Of a DNA stretch of 64,000 nucleotides, positions 11,945 through 22,920 are shown one piece after another. This DNA comes from Bdellovibrionales bacterium (GTDB taxonomy: Bacteria; Bdellovibrionota; Bdellovibrionia; Bdellovibrionales; JAUICD01), in the NCBI GenBank assembly GCA_965197425.1, contig CBDANC010000013.1, positions 1-64,000 of the forward strand, written 5' to 3'. A program made the translations under genes and the position numbers. The stretch's first letter is position 1, and each line of letters opens with the position of its first letter. The notes under the pieces are model-generated. The model saw nothing but the letters and a program-made list of their open reading frames with translations, had not been told where the DNA came from and did not search any database.

Positions 11945-13345
11945 TCAAGGCCCATCACAAAAACCCGTTGACCCACAAGAATTGGTACAGCCTGGGCATA
12001 CCAAAGGACCTAAGTTAAGACAGTCAGCACTAGTGTTACAAGCTGGTATCTGACAGGCAGGGTCGTCAGGTGTGTGCAAATAGCATACTAAAGGGTTACC
12101 GTTGTTGAACATACACTTTGTCCCAACATAGTCATAACAATTTTGTTTAACTGCATCTGATCCAATCAGATCATAATCAGACTCATTGAATAGTCTACTA
12201 CCAAAGTTGCTACATGTTTTTCTGGCACACGTTCCTGCAACCTCACATCTACCGCAGTCAGTGGGTGGAGGGCATTCTGTACTGGTTAATAGGTGCTTTT
12301 CAAAACAAAAGTCCTCGGTCATAACATAGTATTTACCTTGATCCCACCTTGATGGTGGAGCAGGTACTTTTTTTAGACAATGAACACCAATTGTTATCTG
12401 GGGTGAGTAAGGGTTTTCAATTCTTTTATCAAACAAGGAGATATATGATCCCCCAGGTGGATAATCATTACACCCCACTTTTACTACATTTGGATTTGCG
12501 TTAATTACTAATCCAAGCTCTTCCATATCCAACAAAACTGTCTGTACATAGTACAACCCATCACCAGGACATGGCTGACTTCTAGGAAGTGTAGGTGTTG
12601 TTGGCCTTTTTGCAGTTGGAGTACCTGCTACTAGTTCTAAAGTGTTGCACACGACTATATCAATACACTGGGTGTTCTCATCTTCACATCTTCTACATAC
12701 TTGAGAACCATCTTTTCCACCGCAATATGGTGAATAGCTATTAATAACTCCTATTGAAACAACTGTGTTTGGGCTAGAAGGAGGATGTGTGGTTGTAGTG
12801 GTGGTGGTAATAGGCGTGCCTGGAAGTGGAATGGTCATTAGAGTTGAAGGCAAATCTGATCTATAGTACTGAGCGCAGTATTTGACCAAATCATACTCAA
12901 CACAACCAATATCAGCCCCACTAATAAACAAGAGCCTTAGATCATCAGCCTCAACATATCCTGTCTTTAAACCATTTTTTGTTACATACAACCTAGTATC
13001 TCCTAGGGCAAGAGTAGTAAGAGTATTTCCAGGTGGAATATATTCTATTGCTTCCTGCATATTGTATGCAAGCAGATCCATTACATCCATCATTGCATGA
13101 TTTCTTTTCAAGTCAGCTGTACTAGTATTTTTTCTATTGACTGCGTATAAAACAGTTGCACCTATCGTTGAAAGTGCTGCCAAACTCAAGACCGATACAG
13201 CCAAAATAGCAGCAAATCCATTACAAGGTCTTCCGAACGAAGCAAAAACAAGTAGGCTTCGTAGGCTTCGCCTACTTTTTTTGCTGAATGGTTGCCCAAC
13301 TCTGGACACTGATGCCGACAGTTTTTCTCGTTTATTTAAAAGCAA
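11945..13345 (-). CDS. Prepilin-like (G-F cleavage site, no Glu+5) Cys-rich surface protein
   Basis: GAGG RBS before TTG; NGFAAILAVSVLSLAALSTIG hydrophobic helix; Thr/Pro linker; Cys-rich C-terminal half; same architecture as 14332..15612. Confidence 0.65.
   Translation of the reverse strand: MLLNKREKLSASVSRVGQPFSKKSRRSLRSLLVFASFGRPCNGFAAILAVSVLSLAALSTIGATVLYAVNRKNTSTADLKRNHAMMDVMDLLAYNMQEAIEYIPPGNTLTTLALGDTRLYVTKNGLKTGYVEADDLRLLFISGADIGCVEYDLVKYCAQYYRSDLPSTLMTIPLPGTPITTTTTTTHPPSSPNTVVSIGVINSYSPYCGGKDGSQVCRRCEDENTQCIDIVVCNTLELVAGTPTAKRPTTPTLPRSQPCPGDGLYYVQTVLLDMEELGLVINANPNVVKVGCNDYPPGGSYISLFDKRIENPYSPQITIGVHCLKKVPAPPSRWDQGKYYVMTEDFCFEKHLLTSTECPPPTDCGRCEVAGTCARKTCSNFGSRLFNESDYDLIGSDAVKQNCYDYVGTKCMFNNGNPLVCYLHTPDDPACQIPACNTSADCLNLGPLVCPGCTNSCGSTGFCDGP
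13225..13321 (+). repeat. Modular hairpin element copy lying in frame inside the 11945..13345 leader
   Basis: AAGGTCTTCCGAACGAAGCAAAAA...TTTTTTTGCTGAATGGTTGCCCAACTCTGGACACTGATGCC. Confidence 0.88.
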
Positions 13346-13605
13346 AAAACCACCTCGATATTTCTAAAACAAATACCACTAGAATTCTAATACAAAAACA
13401 AACAGCAGTAAAAGACAAAGCTTGCAGACATGGCCATAAAACAACTCCACCACACAAATGCATCTATTTAATACATTACTTTATAAAACAAATATAACTA
13501 TCTAAAAAGATGTATCTAATATGACAAACTCTAACAAAACCAAAGGAGGTTTGTTTGGCAAATTAATGGGATGAACTATAATATGTACTATGCTAGCTTT
13601 TTGTC

Positions 13606-14073
13606 ATGAAACAGTATTGGTTAATGAAAACAGAGCCTACTAACTATTCTATAGATGATCTAAAAAAAGAAAAAGAGTGCATGTGGGATGGTGTCAGAAA
13701 TTATCAGGCTAGAAATTTTATGATGAAGGATATGAGAGTAGGTGATGAAGTGCTGTTTTATCATTCCAGTGCTATTCCACCTGGGATCGTGGGGCTTGCT
13801 ACGGTGTCAAAAGAGGCCGTTGTTGATGACACACAATTTGACAAAAAAAGTAAGTATTATGACAACAAAGCCACACCAGCAAAACCAATCTGGTATTGTG
13901 TATATGTCAAATTTAAAAAAAAATTAAAAATACCTATTACACTGTCACATATTAAACAGCACAAAGAATTACGCAAAATGATGGTAGCAAAGAGAGGCTC
14001 AAGGCTATCCATACAGCCTGTAACTAAAGATCAATATAACACCATACTTAACATAATAAAAATTAACCACTAA
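13606..14073 (+). CDS. EVE domain-containing protein
   Basis: YWLMKTEP, WDGVRNYQARNFM, GDEVLFYHS, SRLSIQPV. Confidence 0.95.
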   Translation: MKQYWLMKTEPTNYSIDDLKKEKECMWDGVRNYQARNFMMKDMRVGDEVLFYHSSAIPPGIVGLATVSKEAVVDDTQFDKKSKYYDNKATPAKPIWYCVYVKFKKKLKIPITLSHIKQHKELRKMMVAKRGSRLSIQPVTKDQYNTILNIIKINH

Positions 14074-14331
14074 CACTGAGAGGCCACTGACAACAAACTG
14101 ACTGGTTGATTTTTAATAAGTGGTCCTACGTTCCGGCACAGTCGCTTAAAATCCTAACTTCTCAAGACTTTGTTTACTTTTTGTCATCTAACCCCATCGC
14201 TAAGCATGTATAGGACCCTAAAGATATCGGTATTTAGTCTGGCAATTCCTACGGTGCATCACCTTACTTTTAGTTTTTTATTTTTGTTGCTATACTTGTT
14301 TGTTGTTATACTTGGGCTATAAGGAAAAACC

Positions 14332-15612
14332 GTGATGTCGAAGCACTTACTGTCTAATCAAAGTGGCTTTTTTGCAATGTTATTGGTGGCTGTTACTTCA
14401 TTTGCCTTATGGAGTACAATGAGCACTATGCATACATATTCTACAAACAAATCTGATACTCTAGCTAAAATAAAAGAAACCGTGGATATGAATGCTGTTA
14501 TGTCTGATTTTGCCATTGAAGCACAAGCTGCTTTTTATAGACACTATATAGCAAATAATGGCGATTTGTCTGGACCTGATTGCCCCGATTCTAATAAAAA
14601 AAGCTGTACACTGGGTAATCAAGATATGCTTTGTCTTAATAAAACGGACTGTAGTACATGCTTGGAAGTTGTTTATGGAAAAGATTCGTTTGGAAATGAG
14701 GTTTCTGAGGATTATTGTGCTACTTTTTCCGATTTTAGTAGTGTCGATGCTTTCGGAAACTGTTCCAACGATAAGGTATTATGTGTAACAGTTGCTATAG
14801 ATGCTAATGACAAAGAGAATCCTCCTGCTACTGCCGATCTTGCGGAGTGTAAGTCATGCTTTGTTCAACCGTTAAAAATATATTTGGATATACCTGATAC
14901 CACATGTACTACTCCAACTTGCATAGCAGATTCTACTACCTGTGAAACATGCCCCAACGGCCTATGTGGCGCCCAAGAGGCATGCCCACCAGGAACAACA
15001 TGTGATGGTGCTGGTATTTGTACCCCCCCTACTTCATGTACCGATGGAAGTTGTGCTGTTGATAGTGATTGCAATAAATGTGGAGCAACCTGTAACAATG
15101 GTTGTTGCAACGGAGGACAAGCATGTACAGGGCATTATACGATATGCAGTGCTATAAGAACATGCGAGAGACTTCAGATAGGCTGCGACAGAGATTCATG
15201 CTGTGATCGAACAAGTGGTGGTAGTTTCCCATGCCCAAATAAACTCCAGGATTCAAGTTCAGGATTGTGTACATTAAAGTATCCTTGCATAGACAGAACA
15301 TTGGGCAACAAGTGTTACAAATGTAACCCAGTACTCAATGAAGCTTCATGTGACGAGTCGCCCACACCAATTACATGTCCTCTAGGACAGACCTGCAACC
15401 CAGGCACAGGACTTTGTGAAGGGCAATGTAGGGGCTTTACGTGTACTGATGATCAAAGCTGCGGCTACGATGATTCCAATACCTGCGGAAGCAGATGTGA
15501 AAGAGTTAGCCCTTATAGCACATGTATGAAATGTTCTCGTGGCGAACAATGTAACAGTAATCAGGTTTGCAAGTGGGGTGCGTGCCAAGACCCCAACAAC
15601 ATTCAACCCTAG
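14332..15612 (+). CDS. Prepilin-like Cys-rich surface protein
   Basis: SNQSG|FFAMLLVAVTSFALW class III-like leader; C-terminal region densely packed with CxxG/C-x-C modules. Confidence 0.7.
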   Translation: MMSKHLLSNQSGFFAMLLVAVTSFALWSTMSTMHTYSTNKSDTLAKIKETVDMNAVMSDFAIEAQAAFYRHYIANNGDLSGPDCPDSNKKSCTLGNQDMLCLNKTDCSTCLEVVYGKDSFGNEVSEDYCATFSDFSSVDAFGNCSNDKVLCVTVAIDANDKENPPATADLAECKSCFVQPLKIYLDIPDTTCTTPTCIADSTTCETCPNGLCGAQEACPPGTTCDGAGICTPPTSCTDGSCAVDSDCNKCGATCNNGCCNGGQACTGHYTICSAIRTCERLQIGCDRDSCCDRTSGGSFPCPNKLQDSSSGLCTLKYPCIDRTLGNKCYKCNPVLNEASCDESPTPITCPLGQTCNPGTGLCEGQCRGFTCTDDQSCGYDDSNTCGSRCERVSPYSTCMKCSRGEQCNSNQVCKWGACQDPNNIQP

Positions 15613-15725
15613 CGTTTTTTGTCATAAAAATGTTTAATCTTTCTTGCTAATACATTCATTATATCGTTGATTGATATAGAAAAAATGTTAGCGTAAAAAC
15701 AGTATAAAAAGGAGAGTACAAAAAA

Positions 15726-16478
15726 GTGAAAAGTGTGCTTGTTACCGGTGCTACCTCTGGTTTTGGTAAAGCAATTGCCGAACAGTTTGCCAAAAAAGGC
15801 TACAGCGTAATTATAACCGGTAGAAGAAAAGAAAGATTAGCCAAAATAGAGAAATCTCTATCTAACACTTATGGCGTTAGCGTAACCTCTCTTTGTTTTG
15901 ATATTTCTAATTTGTCTGAGTGTAAACAATATCTAAACAAGATTAAGTCCTTGGATATTTTAGTTAACAACGCAGGATTAGCTCTAGGCACTGATACAGT
16001 TGATAGAGCTAATATAGAAGATTGGGAAAAAGTTATTGATACAAATATCAAAGGTGTTTTATACACCACAAGACTTTTACTACCTGCTTTGAAAAAATCT
16101 AAAGGCCACATTGTGAACATTGGCTCCACCGCAGGAAGATGGTCTTATCCTGGTGGAGGTGTTTACTGTGCCTCTAAATTTGCCATTAGAGCATTTTCAG
16201 AAGTCCTAAGATGGGACCTTGATAATTCTAAAATTAGGGTTAGCAATGTATCACCCGGTAGAGCTGAAACAGAATTTAGTGTTGTAAGATTTAAAGGAGA
16301 TGTTTCCAAGGCAAAAAAGGTCTATGAAAATTCAACCCCCCTTAGCTCAGAAGATGTGGCTGCTGCTGTTATTTGGTGCGTCGATAGACCAGCTCATGTA
16401 AATATACAAGAATTGGTTATAGTGCCTACTGATCAACCTGGTGTTCCGGTACCTCCAAAGGAGAGAACAAATGAGTGA
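15726..16478 (+). CDS. SDR family NAD(P)-dependent oxidoreductase (YdfG-like)
   Basis: [29 protein letters not shown]. Confidence 0.92.
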   Translation: MKSVLVTGATSGFGKAIAEQFAKKGYSVIITGRRKERLAKIEKSLSNTYGVSVTSLCFDISNLSECKQYLNKIKSLDILVNNAGLALGTDTVDRANIEDWEKVIDTNIKGVLYTTRLLLPALKKSKGHIVNIGSTAGRWSYPGGGVYCASKFAIRAFSEVLRWDLDNSKIRVSNVSPGRAETEFSVVRFKGDVSKAKKVYENSTPLSSEDVAAAVIWCVDRPAHVNIQELVIVPTDQPGVPVPPKERTNE

Positions 16479-17829
16479 ATATAGAATAGAAAAAGACACG
16501 ATGGGTGAAGTAAAAGTTCCAAAGGATAAACTCTGGGGAGCCCAAACTGAACGTTCGAAGGAAAATTTTAAAATCAGTAATGATAAATTTCCCAGAGAAT
16601 TTATACGGGCTTTTGGAATTGTTAAAAAAGCCTGTGCCTTTAGTAACTTTAAAGTCGGTCTTCTGGATAAAGACAAATACGAAGCCATCACCACCATTTC
16701 AGAAGAAATTATTTCTGGAGGGCTAGATGAACACTTTCCCTTAGTAATTTGGCAAACCGGTAGTGGCACTCAAATGAATATGAATTTAAATGAAGTAATT
16801 TCTAATAAAGCAAAAAGTGGATACTCCACCCATATAAATTTACACCCAAATGATGATGTAAATTTAGGCCAAAGCTCCAACGACACTTTCCCCACCGCTA
16901 TGCATATTGCTACAGGTGAGCAATTAGAAAAACTCTCAAACTCACTTAACTTGATATCCAGCAGTTTATCTAAAAAAATAGAGGAGTTTGATGGAATTAT
17001 TAAAATTGGCAGAACCCATTTTATGGATGCTACCCCTATCACATTATCTCAAGAGTTTTCTGGCTACCTCACTCAAATTGAACAGTCAATTAAGCGAGTG
17101 AATGATGTAAAACCTTTTATTTATGAACTGCCATTAGGTGGCACAGCAGTTGGAACTGGAATTAACACAGACAAAAATTTTTCAAAACATGCTGTTAGCT
17201 TTATATCAAAATACACGGGCTTAAAGTTTACAGAAGCAAAAAATAAGTTTGAAGGTATTGCTGCACACGATGCAATGGTTCAGGTTAGCGGAGTACTAAA
17301 GGTTATAGCATGCTCTGTTATGAAAATTGCAAACGATATTAGAATGCTCTCAAGCGGCCCCAGGTGTGGAATCGGTGAGCTAATTTTACCTTCAAATGAA
17401 CCAGGTAGCTCTATTATGCCAGGAAAAATAAACCCAACTCAGTGTGAAGCACTCACTATGGTTTGTGCCCAAGTAATGGGTAATGATACGGCAGTTGGTA
17501 TTGGCGGTTCAAATGGTCACTTTGAGCTTAATGCCTTCAAACCTATGATAGTGTTTAATGTATTAAATAGTATTAGATTGCTTTCAGATGCGTTGAGAAA
17601 TTTTAACGATAAATGTCTAATAGGTATTACGCCTAATGAAAAGAGAATAAAAGAACATTTAAATAATTCACTGATGTTGGTTACTGCACTAAACCCTCAT
17701 ATTGGATATGAAAAAGCGGCTATAATTGCCAAAAAAGCATATGAAAATGGCACAACTTTAAAAGAAGAAGCAGAAAAACTTGGAATTAAAAATTTTGATA
17801 AACTAATAGATCCTAAAAACATGGTTTAG
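16471..17829 (+). CDS. fumC: Fumarate hydratase class II
   Basis: [44 protein letters not shown]. Confidence 0.97.
   Translation: MSEYRIEKDTMGEVKVPKDKLWGAQTERSKENFKISNDKFPREFIRAFGIVKKACAFSNFKVGLLDKDKYEAITTISEEIISGGLDEHFPLVIWQTGSGTQMNMNLNEVISNKAKSGYSTHINLHPNDDVNLGQSSNDTFPTAMHIATGEQLEKLSNSLNLISSSLSKKIEEFDGIIKIGRTHFMDATPITLSQEFSGYLTQIEQSIKRVNDVKPFIYELPLGGTAVGTGINTDKNFSKHAVSFISKYTGLKFTEAKNKFEGIAAHDAMVQVSGVLKVIACSVMKIANDIRMLSSGPRCGIGELILPSNEPGSSIMPGKINPTQCEALTMVCAQVMGNDTAVGIGGSNGHFELNAFKPMIVFNVLNSIRLLSDALRNFNDKCLIGITPNEKRIKEHLNNSLMLVTALNPHIGYEKAAIIAKKAYENGTTLKEEAEKLGIKNFDKLIDPKNMV
16816..16830. repeat. Micro-palindrome unit inside fumC (encodes SGYST)
   Basis: AGTGGATACTCCACC in the variable loop just before HPNDDVN. 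Confidence 0.75.
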
Positions 17830-17835
17830 TCCACC

Positions 17836-18579
17836 ATGTTTTTAAGTTTTATCATAGATATTATAGCCTCAATTATATTAGGTCTTTCAGCAGGAATTTT
17901 GTCTAATTTATTTGGTGTAGGTGGCGGAGTGCTATTTATAACCTTTCTTCCTTACTTGGGTTTTTCCGAAATCTCTTCGATTGCAACAAGTCTTGCCATT
18001 GTATGCTTAATTGCTCTTATGAATTCAGTTAGATTTCAGAGATTGAAGCTAATAAGGTGGAAAGTTGTGCTTAAAATTATACCTTTTGCTTTGATTTTTT
18101 CTTTTAGTACAACATTTATTTCTCATGGCTTTGATCCTTTTAATTTAAAACTTATTTTTGCCACAGTTATTAGCTTGTTTTTTATATTTTCCCTAAAACC
18201 GATAAATATTGATTTTATTCCTGATAAATTTAAAAGCCCTTTTGTAGGGACTGTGGCAGGTAGTATTGCTGGCTTTACTGGTCTAGGTGCAGGAGGGATA
18301 ATGTCTTTTTTATTGTTAAGTTGGAAGGTTATAAAAAGCAAAAATATTGTCCCAACCATAAATGCAATTATGGTGTTTACAACCTTTGTGGCCAGCATCA
18401 CACACTTTAGTGTAATAAAGAATTTTAGACCAGACATTATAATTGTGGTTTTCTTATCCGCTCAAATTGCAGGAGCTTATTTGGCGGATAAGCAAAAAAA
18501 GTTGTCAGATACAACCAGGCGAACTGGCCTCATTTATATTTTTGGTATAGTAGCTTTAAAATCTTGGTTGGAATTGTGA
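17836..18579 (+). CDS. TauE/SafE (TSUP) family membrane transporter
   Basis: Two GxGGG motifs (LFGVGGG, GLGAGG), IATSL, multiple transmembrane helices. Confidence 0.85.
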   Translation: MFLSFIIDIIASIILGLSAGILSNLFGVGGGVLFITFLPYLGFSEISSIATSLAIVCLIALMNSVRFQRLKLIRWKVVLKIIPFALIFSFSTTFISHGFDPFNLKLIFATVISLFFIFSLKPINIDFIPDKFKSPFVGTVAGSIAGFTGLGAGGIMSFLLLSWKVIKSKNIVPTINAIMVFTTFVASITHFSVIKNFRPDIIIVVFLSAQIAGAYLADKQKKLSDTTRRTGLIYIFGIVALKSWLEL

Positions 18580-18590
18580 TCAGACAATTG

Positions 18591-18655
18591 GGCAGTCGGG
18601 CAATCTGTTATCTGGGATCGGTTATCTGTTGCCAGTTTACCCGATTGCCAGTTAT
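18591..18655. repeat. 7/8-mer tandem repeat forming a hairpin between convergent genes
   Basis: GGCAGTCG GGCAATCT GTTATCT GGGATCG GTTATCT ... CCCGATTGCC; related copy at 28047-28107. Confidence 0.7.
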
Positions 18656-18664
18656 TTGGTCCAA

Positions 18665-19372
18665 CTAAAGGTTTTTCAATATACTTTTTGTGATCTCACA
18701 AAACCCTTTTCCTCCAGGAGATTTAGCAATAACTTTTGGTTTAAATTTGAGCTGATCTAGATAAGGCTTAATATTGGATACCGCATACGAATTTTGAAAA
18801 AACTCAAAACAAGGTTCATCATTAGGAGAGTCCCCTACATATACACAATTACCTTCATCTATATTTTCTTGCTCCAGCAACTTTTTGATCATAGTAACTT
18901 TATTATAATCTCCAAACCACCCATTGATATGAATTGAACTCTGCTTAACACACGCACCGTTTTTGCTAAAAATTCGTTTGATCTGCTCAATCTCAGAATT
19001 GGTAAGCTTAACATCTTCGGCAATATCTATAGCCAAATCATATTGCCTTGAAAATTGATCACTCGCCAGCTTTGCATTTGGCACTTCACTTAAAATCTGT
19101 TTTTTTATATTTTCTAGTGAGTTAGAAGAAAGTTTTTCAAAAATACATGAACTTTTATCTAAACTTAAAAAAAATGCTCCATTCTCTCCAACTACCCCAA
19201 AGACTGGCCACATCCTGACAATCATCTCACACCAAGCCCTTGATCTGCCAGTAACAGGAACTATAAGTTTTTTAAAATTTCTTAAGCTCCATAAGGCTTT
19301 ATAGGCTTCCCAACCAAGCTTACCGTCAAAGGTCAAGGTATCGTCAATATCTGTAAATACATACTTAATCAT
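18665..19372 (-). CDS. HAD-IIB family hydrolase
   Basis: TDIDDTLT, VTGR, SSIHINGWFG, GDSPNDEP. Confidence 0.9.
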   Translation of the reverse strand: MIKYVFTDIDDTLTFDGKLGWEAYKALWSLRNFKKLIVPVTGRSRAWCEMIVRMWPVFGVVGENGAFFLSLDKSSCIFEKLSSNSLENIKKQILSEVPNAKLASDQFSRQYDLAIDIAEDVKLTNSEIEQIKRIFSKNGACVKQSSIHINGWFGDYNKVTMIKKLLEQENIDEGNCVYVGDSPNDEPCFEFFQNSYAVSNIKPYLDQLKFKPKVIAKSPGGKGFCEITKSILKNL

Positions 19373-19530
19373 AAATTAACGCCATGTGACTATTATTGTT
19401 TGTAGAATATATCGTTCTAGTTTTAGATTTGCAATTTTTTATGGTCACAGACAATATTGATGCTAAAAGTTTTTTTAACTTATGTATTTATGAAGTTAAA
19501 AGACATTTGATAGTAAAAGAAATTTTGATT

Positions 19531-19566
19531 ACTAGTGGAGTATCCACTACGAGTGGAGTATCCACA
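19531..19566. repeat. 18-bp micro-palindrome array, 2 units, upstream of topA
   Basis: actagtggagtatccact / acgagtggagtatccaca. Confidence 0.9.
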
Positions 19567-19590
19567 AATAGAGTTTTGGAAGAGTAAGTT

Positions 19591-22101
19591 ATGTCTAAGA
19601 AATTATTGATTGTAGAATCCCCTACTAAGGCTAAGACCATAAAAAAGTTTTTAGATTCTAAGTATGAGATTACCTCTTGTGTGGGGCACATAAGGGATCT
19701 CCCTCAAAGTGCTAAGGATATTCCGGAGAAATACAAAAAAAAGCCATGGGCCAACCTTGGGGTAAATACCGACAATAAGTTTGAGCCAATTTACTGCATA
19801 CCAAAAGACAAAGATAAAGTTATCAAACAAATTAAGTCCAAGCTTAAGGAAGCAGATGAGCTCTATCTTGCTACTGATGAAGATAGAGAAGGTGAAAGTA
19901 TATCTTGGCATTTAGTCCAAGTTTTAAAACCTAAGATAAAAGTAAAGAGAATGATTTTTCACGAAATAACCAAGAGTGCTATCAAGGAGGCTTTAGTTAA
20001 TACAAGGGATATTGATGACAACCTGGTAAAAGCTCAAGAAGCTCGCAGGATCTTAGATAGACTTGTGGGTTATACCATTTCACCTCTTTTATGGAAAAAA
20101 CTTGCCTATGGGCTTTCTGCAGGTAGAGTCCAATCGGTTGCAGTTAAGATACTTACAGCTAGAGAGATGGAGCGGATTAACTTTGTCCCTGCAAAATATG
20201 GTAGTGGTACAGCAACCTTTGTTGTTAAAAACAAAAAATACCAGGCTAAATTAAAATCTGTACCTGGTAAAAATGTAGCTGTGGGTACAGACTTTTCACC
20301 TACTACGGGAAAACTAAACAATAAAAAAGTAGTAGTGTTGGACAAAAAAATCTTTTCTAAAATTGAAAGTTCGAAGAATAAACCTTGGGAAGTATCCAAA
20401 GTAAATGAAAAACAGATAACAAAAAAACCGCCCCCTCCATTTATCACCTCCACTCTACAACAGGTTGCAAGTCGTAGATTTTCTTGGAGTGCTTCTAAAG
20501 TCATGAAGGTGGCTCAAAGTTTATATGAACAAGGGTTTATTACTTACATGAGAACTGACAGCACTTCTATATCAAAGGATGCCATTAAAAAAGCAAGGGG
20601 CATCATAGAAAAATTCGGGAAAGAATACTTGCCCTCCTCCCCTAATGTTTATAAACAAAAATCCAAATCTGCTCAAGAGGCACATGAAGCAATAAGACCT
20701 GCAGGTGATTTTATTCACCCCGATAAAATTACAAAAAACCTTCCTGCAAAATCAAATGGTGAACCAAAACTTTATGAACTAATTTGGAAAAGAACTTTAG
20801 CAAGTCAAATGACAAACTCTATCCAAAAACAAGTGAGCTTGGAGATTAAACCAAAAGGCACTGATTATACTTTTGTATTATCTGGGACAACAATAGAATT
20901 TGATGGGTTTCTAAAGCTCTATAATGATGAAAATTACGAAACTACTGTTTTACCTAAACTCAAAGTAGGTGAAAATTTAAAATGTGCTGATTTGGAGTAT
21001 AAGGAACATGAAACAAAACCACCTTTTAGGTACTCCGAGGCCATGTTGATTCAAACTATGGAAAAAGAAGGCATTGGAAGACCTTCTACCTATGCACCCA
21101 CAATATCAAATATTATTCAGCGTGGATATGTAACCAAAGATAAGACATCATTGATACCAACATTTAAAGCCATGATGGTCTCTAAGCTTCTTACAAAATA
21201 TTTTCCAGAATATGTTGATCTTAGTTTTACATCAAAAATGGAAGAGGATTTAGATAGAATAGCAGCAGGAAAATTAAATCATGTAGATTATTTAGATAGT
21301 ATATATTCAGGTAAATCAGGGCTTAAGGATAAGGTTTTGAAAAAAGAGAAGCTCATAGACCCATCAGAATCTAGAACTTTTTTAATAGAAAAACTTAAAA
21401 AATATGAATTTAAAATAGGACGTTTTGGAACTTATGCCTGCACTAAGCAGGGTAAGGAAGAAGTAAAAATTAATTTGCCAGATGATCTTGCACCATCTGC
21501 TGTTGATGAAAAACTTTTGTTAGAATTTTTTAAAGGCAAAGAAAACAATAAAATAGGTGTAGATAAAGAAACTGGATTAACTATATATGCTTTAAGCGGA
21601 AAATATGGCCCTTATTTACAGCTGGGTGAAAATGACAAAAAACCAAAACGTATTAGCATCCCAGAAGAATTAGACCCGTCTTCCATTACCCTAAAACAAG
21701 CTACATTCCTTTTAAGCTTACCAAGCAAACTTGGTGTTTTGAAAAAAAATGTGGATACTCCATCCGTAGAGGTCATGCTTGGAATAAGTAGATTTGGAGT
21801 TTATGTAGCTTGCGATGGAGAATATAGATCTGTTCCAAAGAATGTAAGTATATTTGATGTTGATTTAAAATTAGCCAGTGATCTGCTTAAGCAAGAGAAG
21901 CGATCTTGGAAGAAAAAAAGTAATGCTATAGATTTAGGACCATATCCTAAAACAAAATCAAATATTTTTGTACATAATGGTAAATATGGTCCTTATATTA
22001 AGTTTAAAAACAAAAATTACTCGATTAAAAAAGATTTAAAGCCAGAAGAGGTTCAACTATCAGATGCCCTTGAGATAATAGATTCAAGTAAGCGTAAGTG
22101 A
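19591..22101 (+). CDS. topA: DNA topoisomerase I with C-terminal Toprim_C repeats
   Basis: LIVESPTKAKTI, ATDEDREGE, SAGRVQS, ITYMRTDS, GIGRPST, GRFG/GKYGPY repeats. Confidence 0.97.
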   Translation: MSKKLLIVESPTKAKTIKKFLDSKYEITSCVGHIRDLPQSAKDIPEKYKKKPWANLGVNTDNKFEPIYCIPKDKDKVIKQIKSKLKEADELYLATDEDREGESISWHLVQVLKPKIKVKRMIFHEITKSAIKEALVNTRDIDDNLVKAQEARRILDRLVGYTISPLLWKKLAYGLSAGRVQSVAVKILTAREMERINFVPAKYGSGTATFVVKNKKYQAKLKSVPGKNVAVGTDFSPTTGKLNNKKVVVLDKKIFSKIESSKNKPWEVSKVNEKQITKKPPPPFITSTLQQVASRRFSWSASKVMKVAQSLYEQGFITYMRTDSTSISKDAIKKARGIIEKFGKEYLPSSPNVYKQKSKSAQEAHEAIRPAGDFIHPDKITKNLPAKSNGEPKLYELIWKRTLASQMTNSIQKQVSLEIKPKGTDYTFVLSGTTIEFDGFLKLYNDENYETTVLPKLKVGENLKCADLEYKEHETKPPFRYSEAMLIQTMEKEGIGRPSTYAPTISNIIQRGYVTKDKTSLIPTFKAMMVSKLLTKYFPEYVDLSFTSKMEEDLDRIAAGKLNHVDYLDSIYSGKSGLKDKVLKKEKLIDPSESRTFLIEKLKKYEFKIGRFGTYACTKQGKEEVKINLPDDLAPSAVDEKLLLEFFKGKENNKIGVDKETGLTIYALSGKYGPYLQLGENDKKPKRISIPEELDPSSITLKQATFLLSLPSKLGVLKKNVDTPSVEVMLGISRFGVYVACDGEYRSVPKNVSIFDVDLKLASDLLKQEKRSWKKKSNAIDLGPYPKTKSNIFVHNGKYGPYIKFKNKNYSIKKDLKPEEVQLSDALEIIDSSKRK
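21751..21765. repeat. Micro-palindrome unit inside topA (encodes VDTPS)
   Basis: GTGGATACTCCATCC in a C-terminal repeat loop. Confidence 0.6.
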
Positions 22102-22110
22102 GCAAACCCA

Positions 22111-22839
22111 ATGAAAGGCTCAAGCAAGAGTTTTTATTTTTTTGATTTAGATGATAATATTTTTTATCTATCATCTTATGTAACCATGTATCATAAGATC
22201 ACTAACAAACCCATTAAAGTTAGCACAAGTGAAATATCAAAATTAGATAGTTGTAAAATGTATCAGTCTAAATTTAAAGACTATCAAATGAGAGAGACTT
22301 CAGATGGTAATGATAGTTTTAAAAGATTCAGAGATCATGGGCTAAAGGTGGAGGCTTTTGAGGAAGATATATCTAAAGTAATTACCAGACAAAATTACAG
22401 TTGGCAGGGTCCTTCTTGGGAAGCATTTGCTTATGCTGTTGGAAAAAATAGACCAATTTCTATAATAACTGCCAGAGGTCACTCTGATGAGACAATCAAA
22501 AAGGGCATTAAGTTATTTTACAAGAAAGGGTTTATTTCAAAAGAACCAAACTACCTATGTATATTCGCTTTAAACAATAAAAACACCCAGTCGAAGTTGA
22601 CCAATGACGAGAAGATTTCATTGGCAGAGCTTAAAAAATTAGCTGTCATAAAATCAGTTGAAATTGCAATGCAAAAGTATGGAGTTAATGTCAAGCATAA
22701 GTTTGGCGTGTCAGATGACAATCTGAAGAATATGGAACAGATTTATAAAGCTATGAAAACTATGAAAGAAAGATACCCTCAAAATGAGTTTTATTGTTTC
22801 CATATGGATGGCACGAAAAAAATAGTAAATATCCTATAG
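22111..22839 (+). CDS. HAD-superfamily hypothetical protein
   Basis: FFDLDDNI motif I, ITARGH motif II, GVSDDN motif IV. Confidence 0.7.
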   Translation: MKGSSKSFYFFDLDDNIFYLSSYVTMYHKITNKPIKVSTSEISKLDSCKMYQSKFKDYQMRETSDGNDSFKRFRDHGLKVEAFEEDISKVITRQNYSWQGPSWEAFAYAVGKNRPISIITARGHSDETIKKGIKLFYKKGFISKEPNYLCIFALNNKNTQSKLTNDEKISLAELKKLAVIKSVEIAMQKYGVNVKHKFGVSDDNLKNMEQIYKAMKTMKERYPQNEFYCFHMDGTKKIVNIL

Positions 22840-22920
22840 GACCTTTTTGGGTTGTAAGAAGAGGTTTTATGCTTTACTCTAGCTCACTGGTTGTGTGTAT
22901 AACTTGTTAAGGATCAAAAA

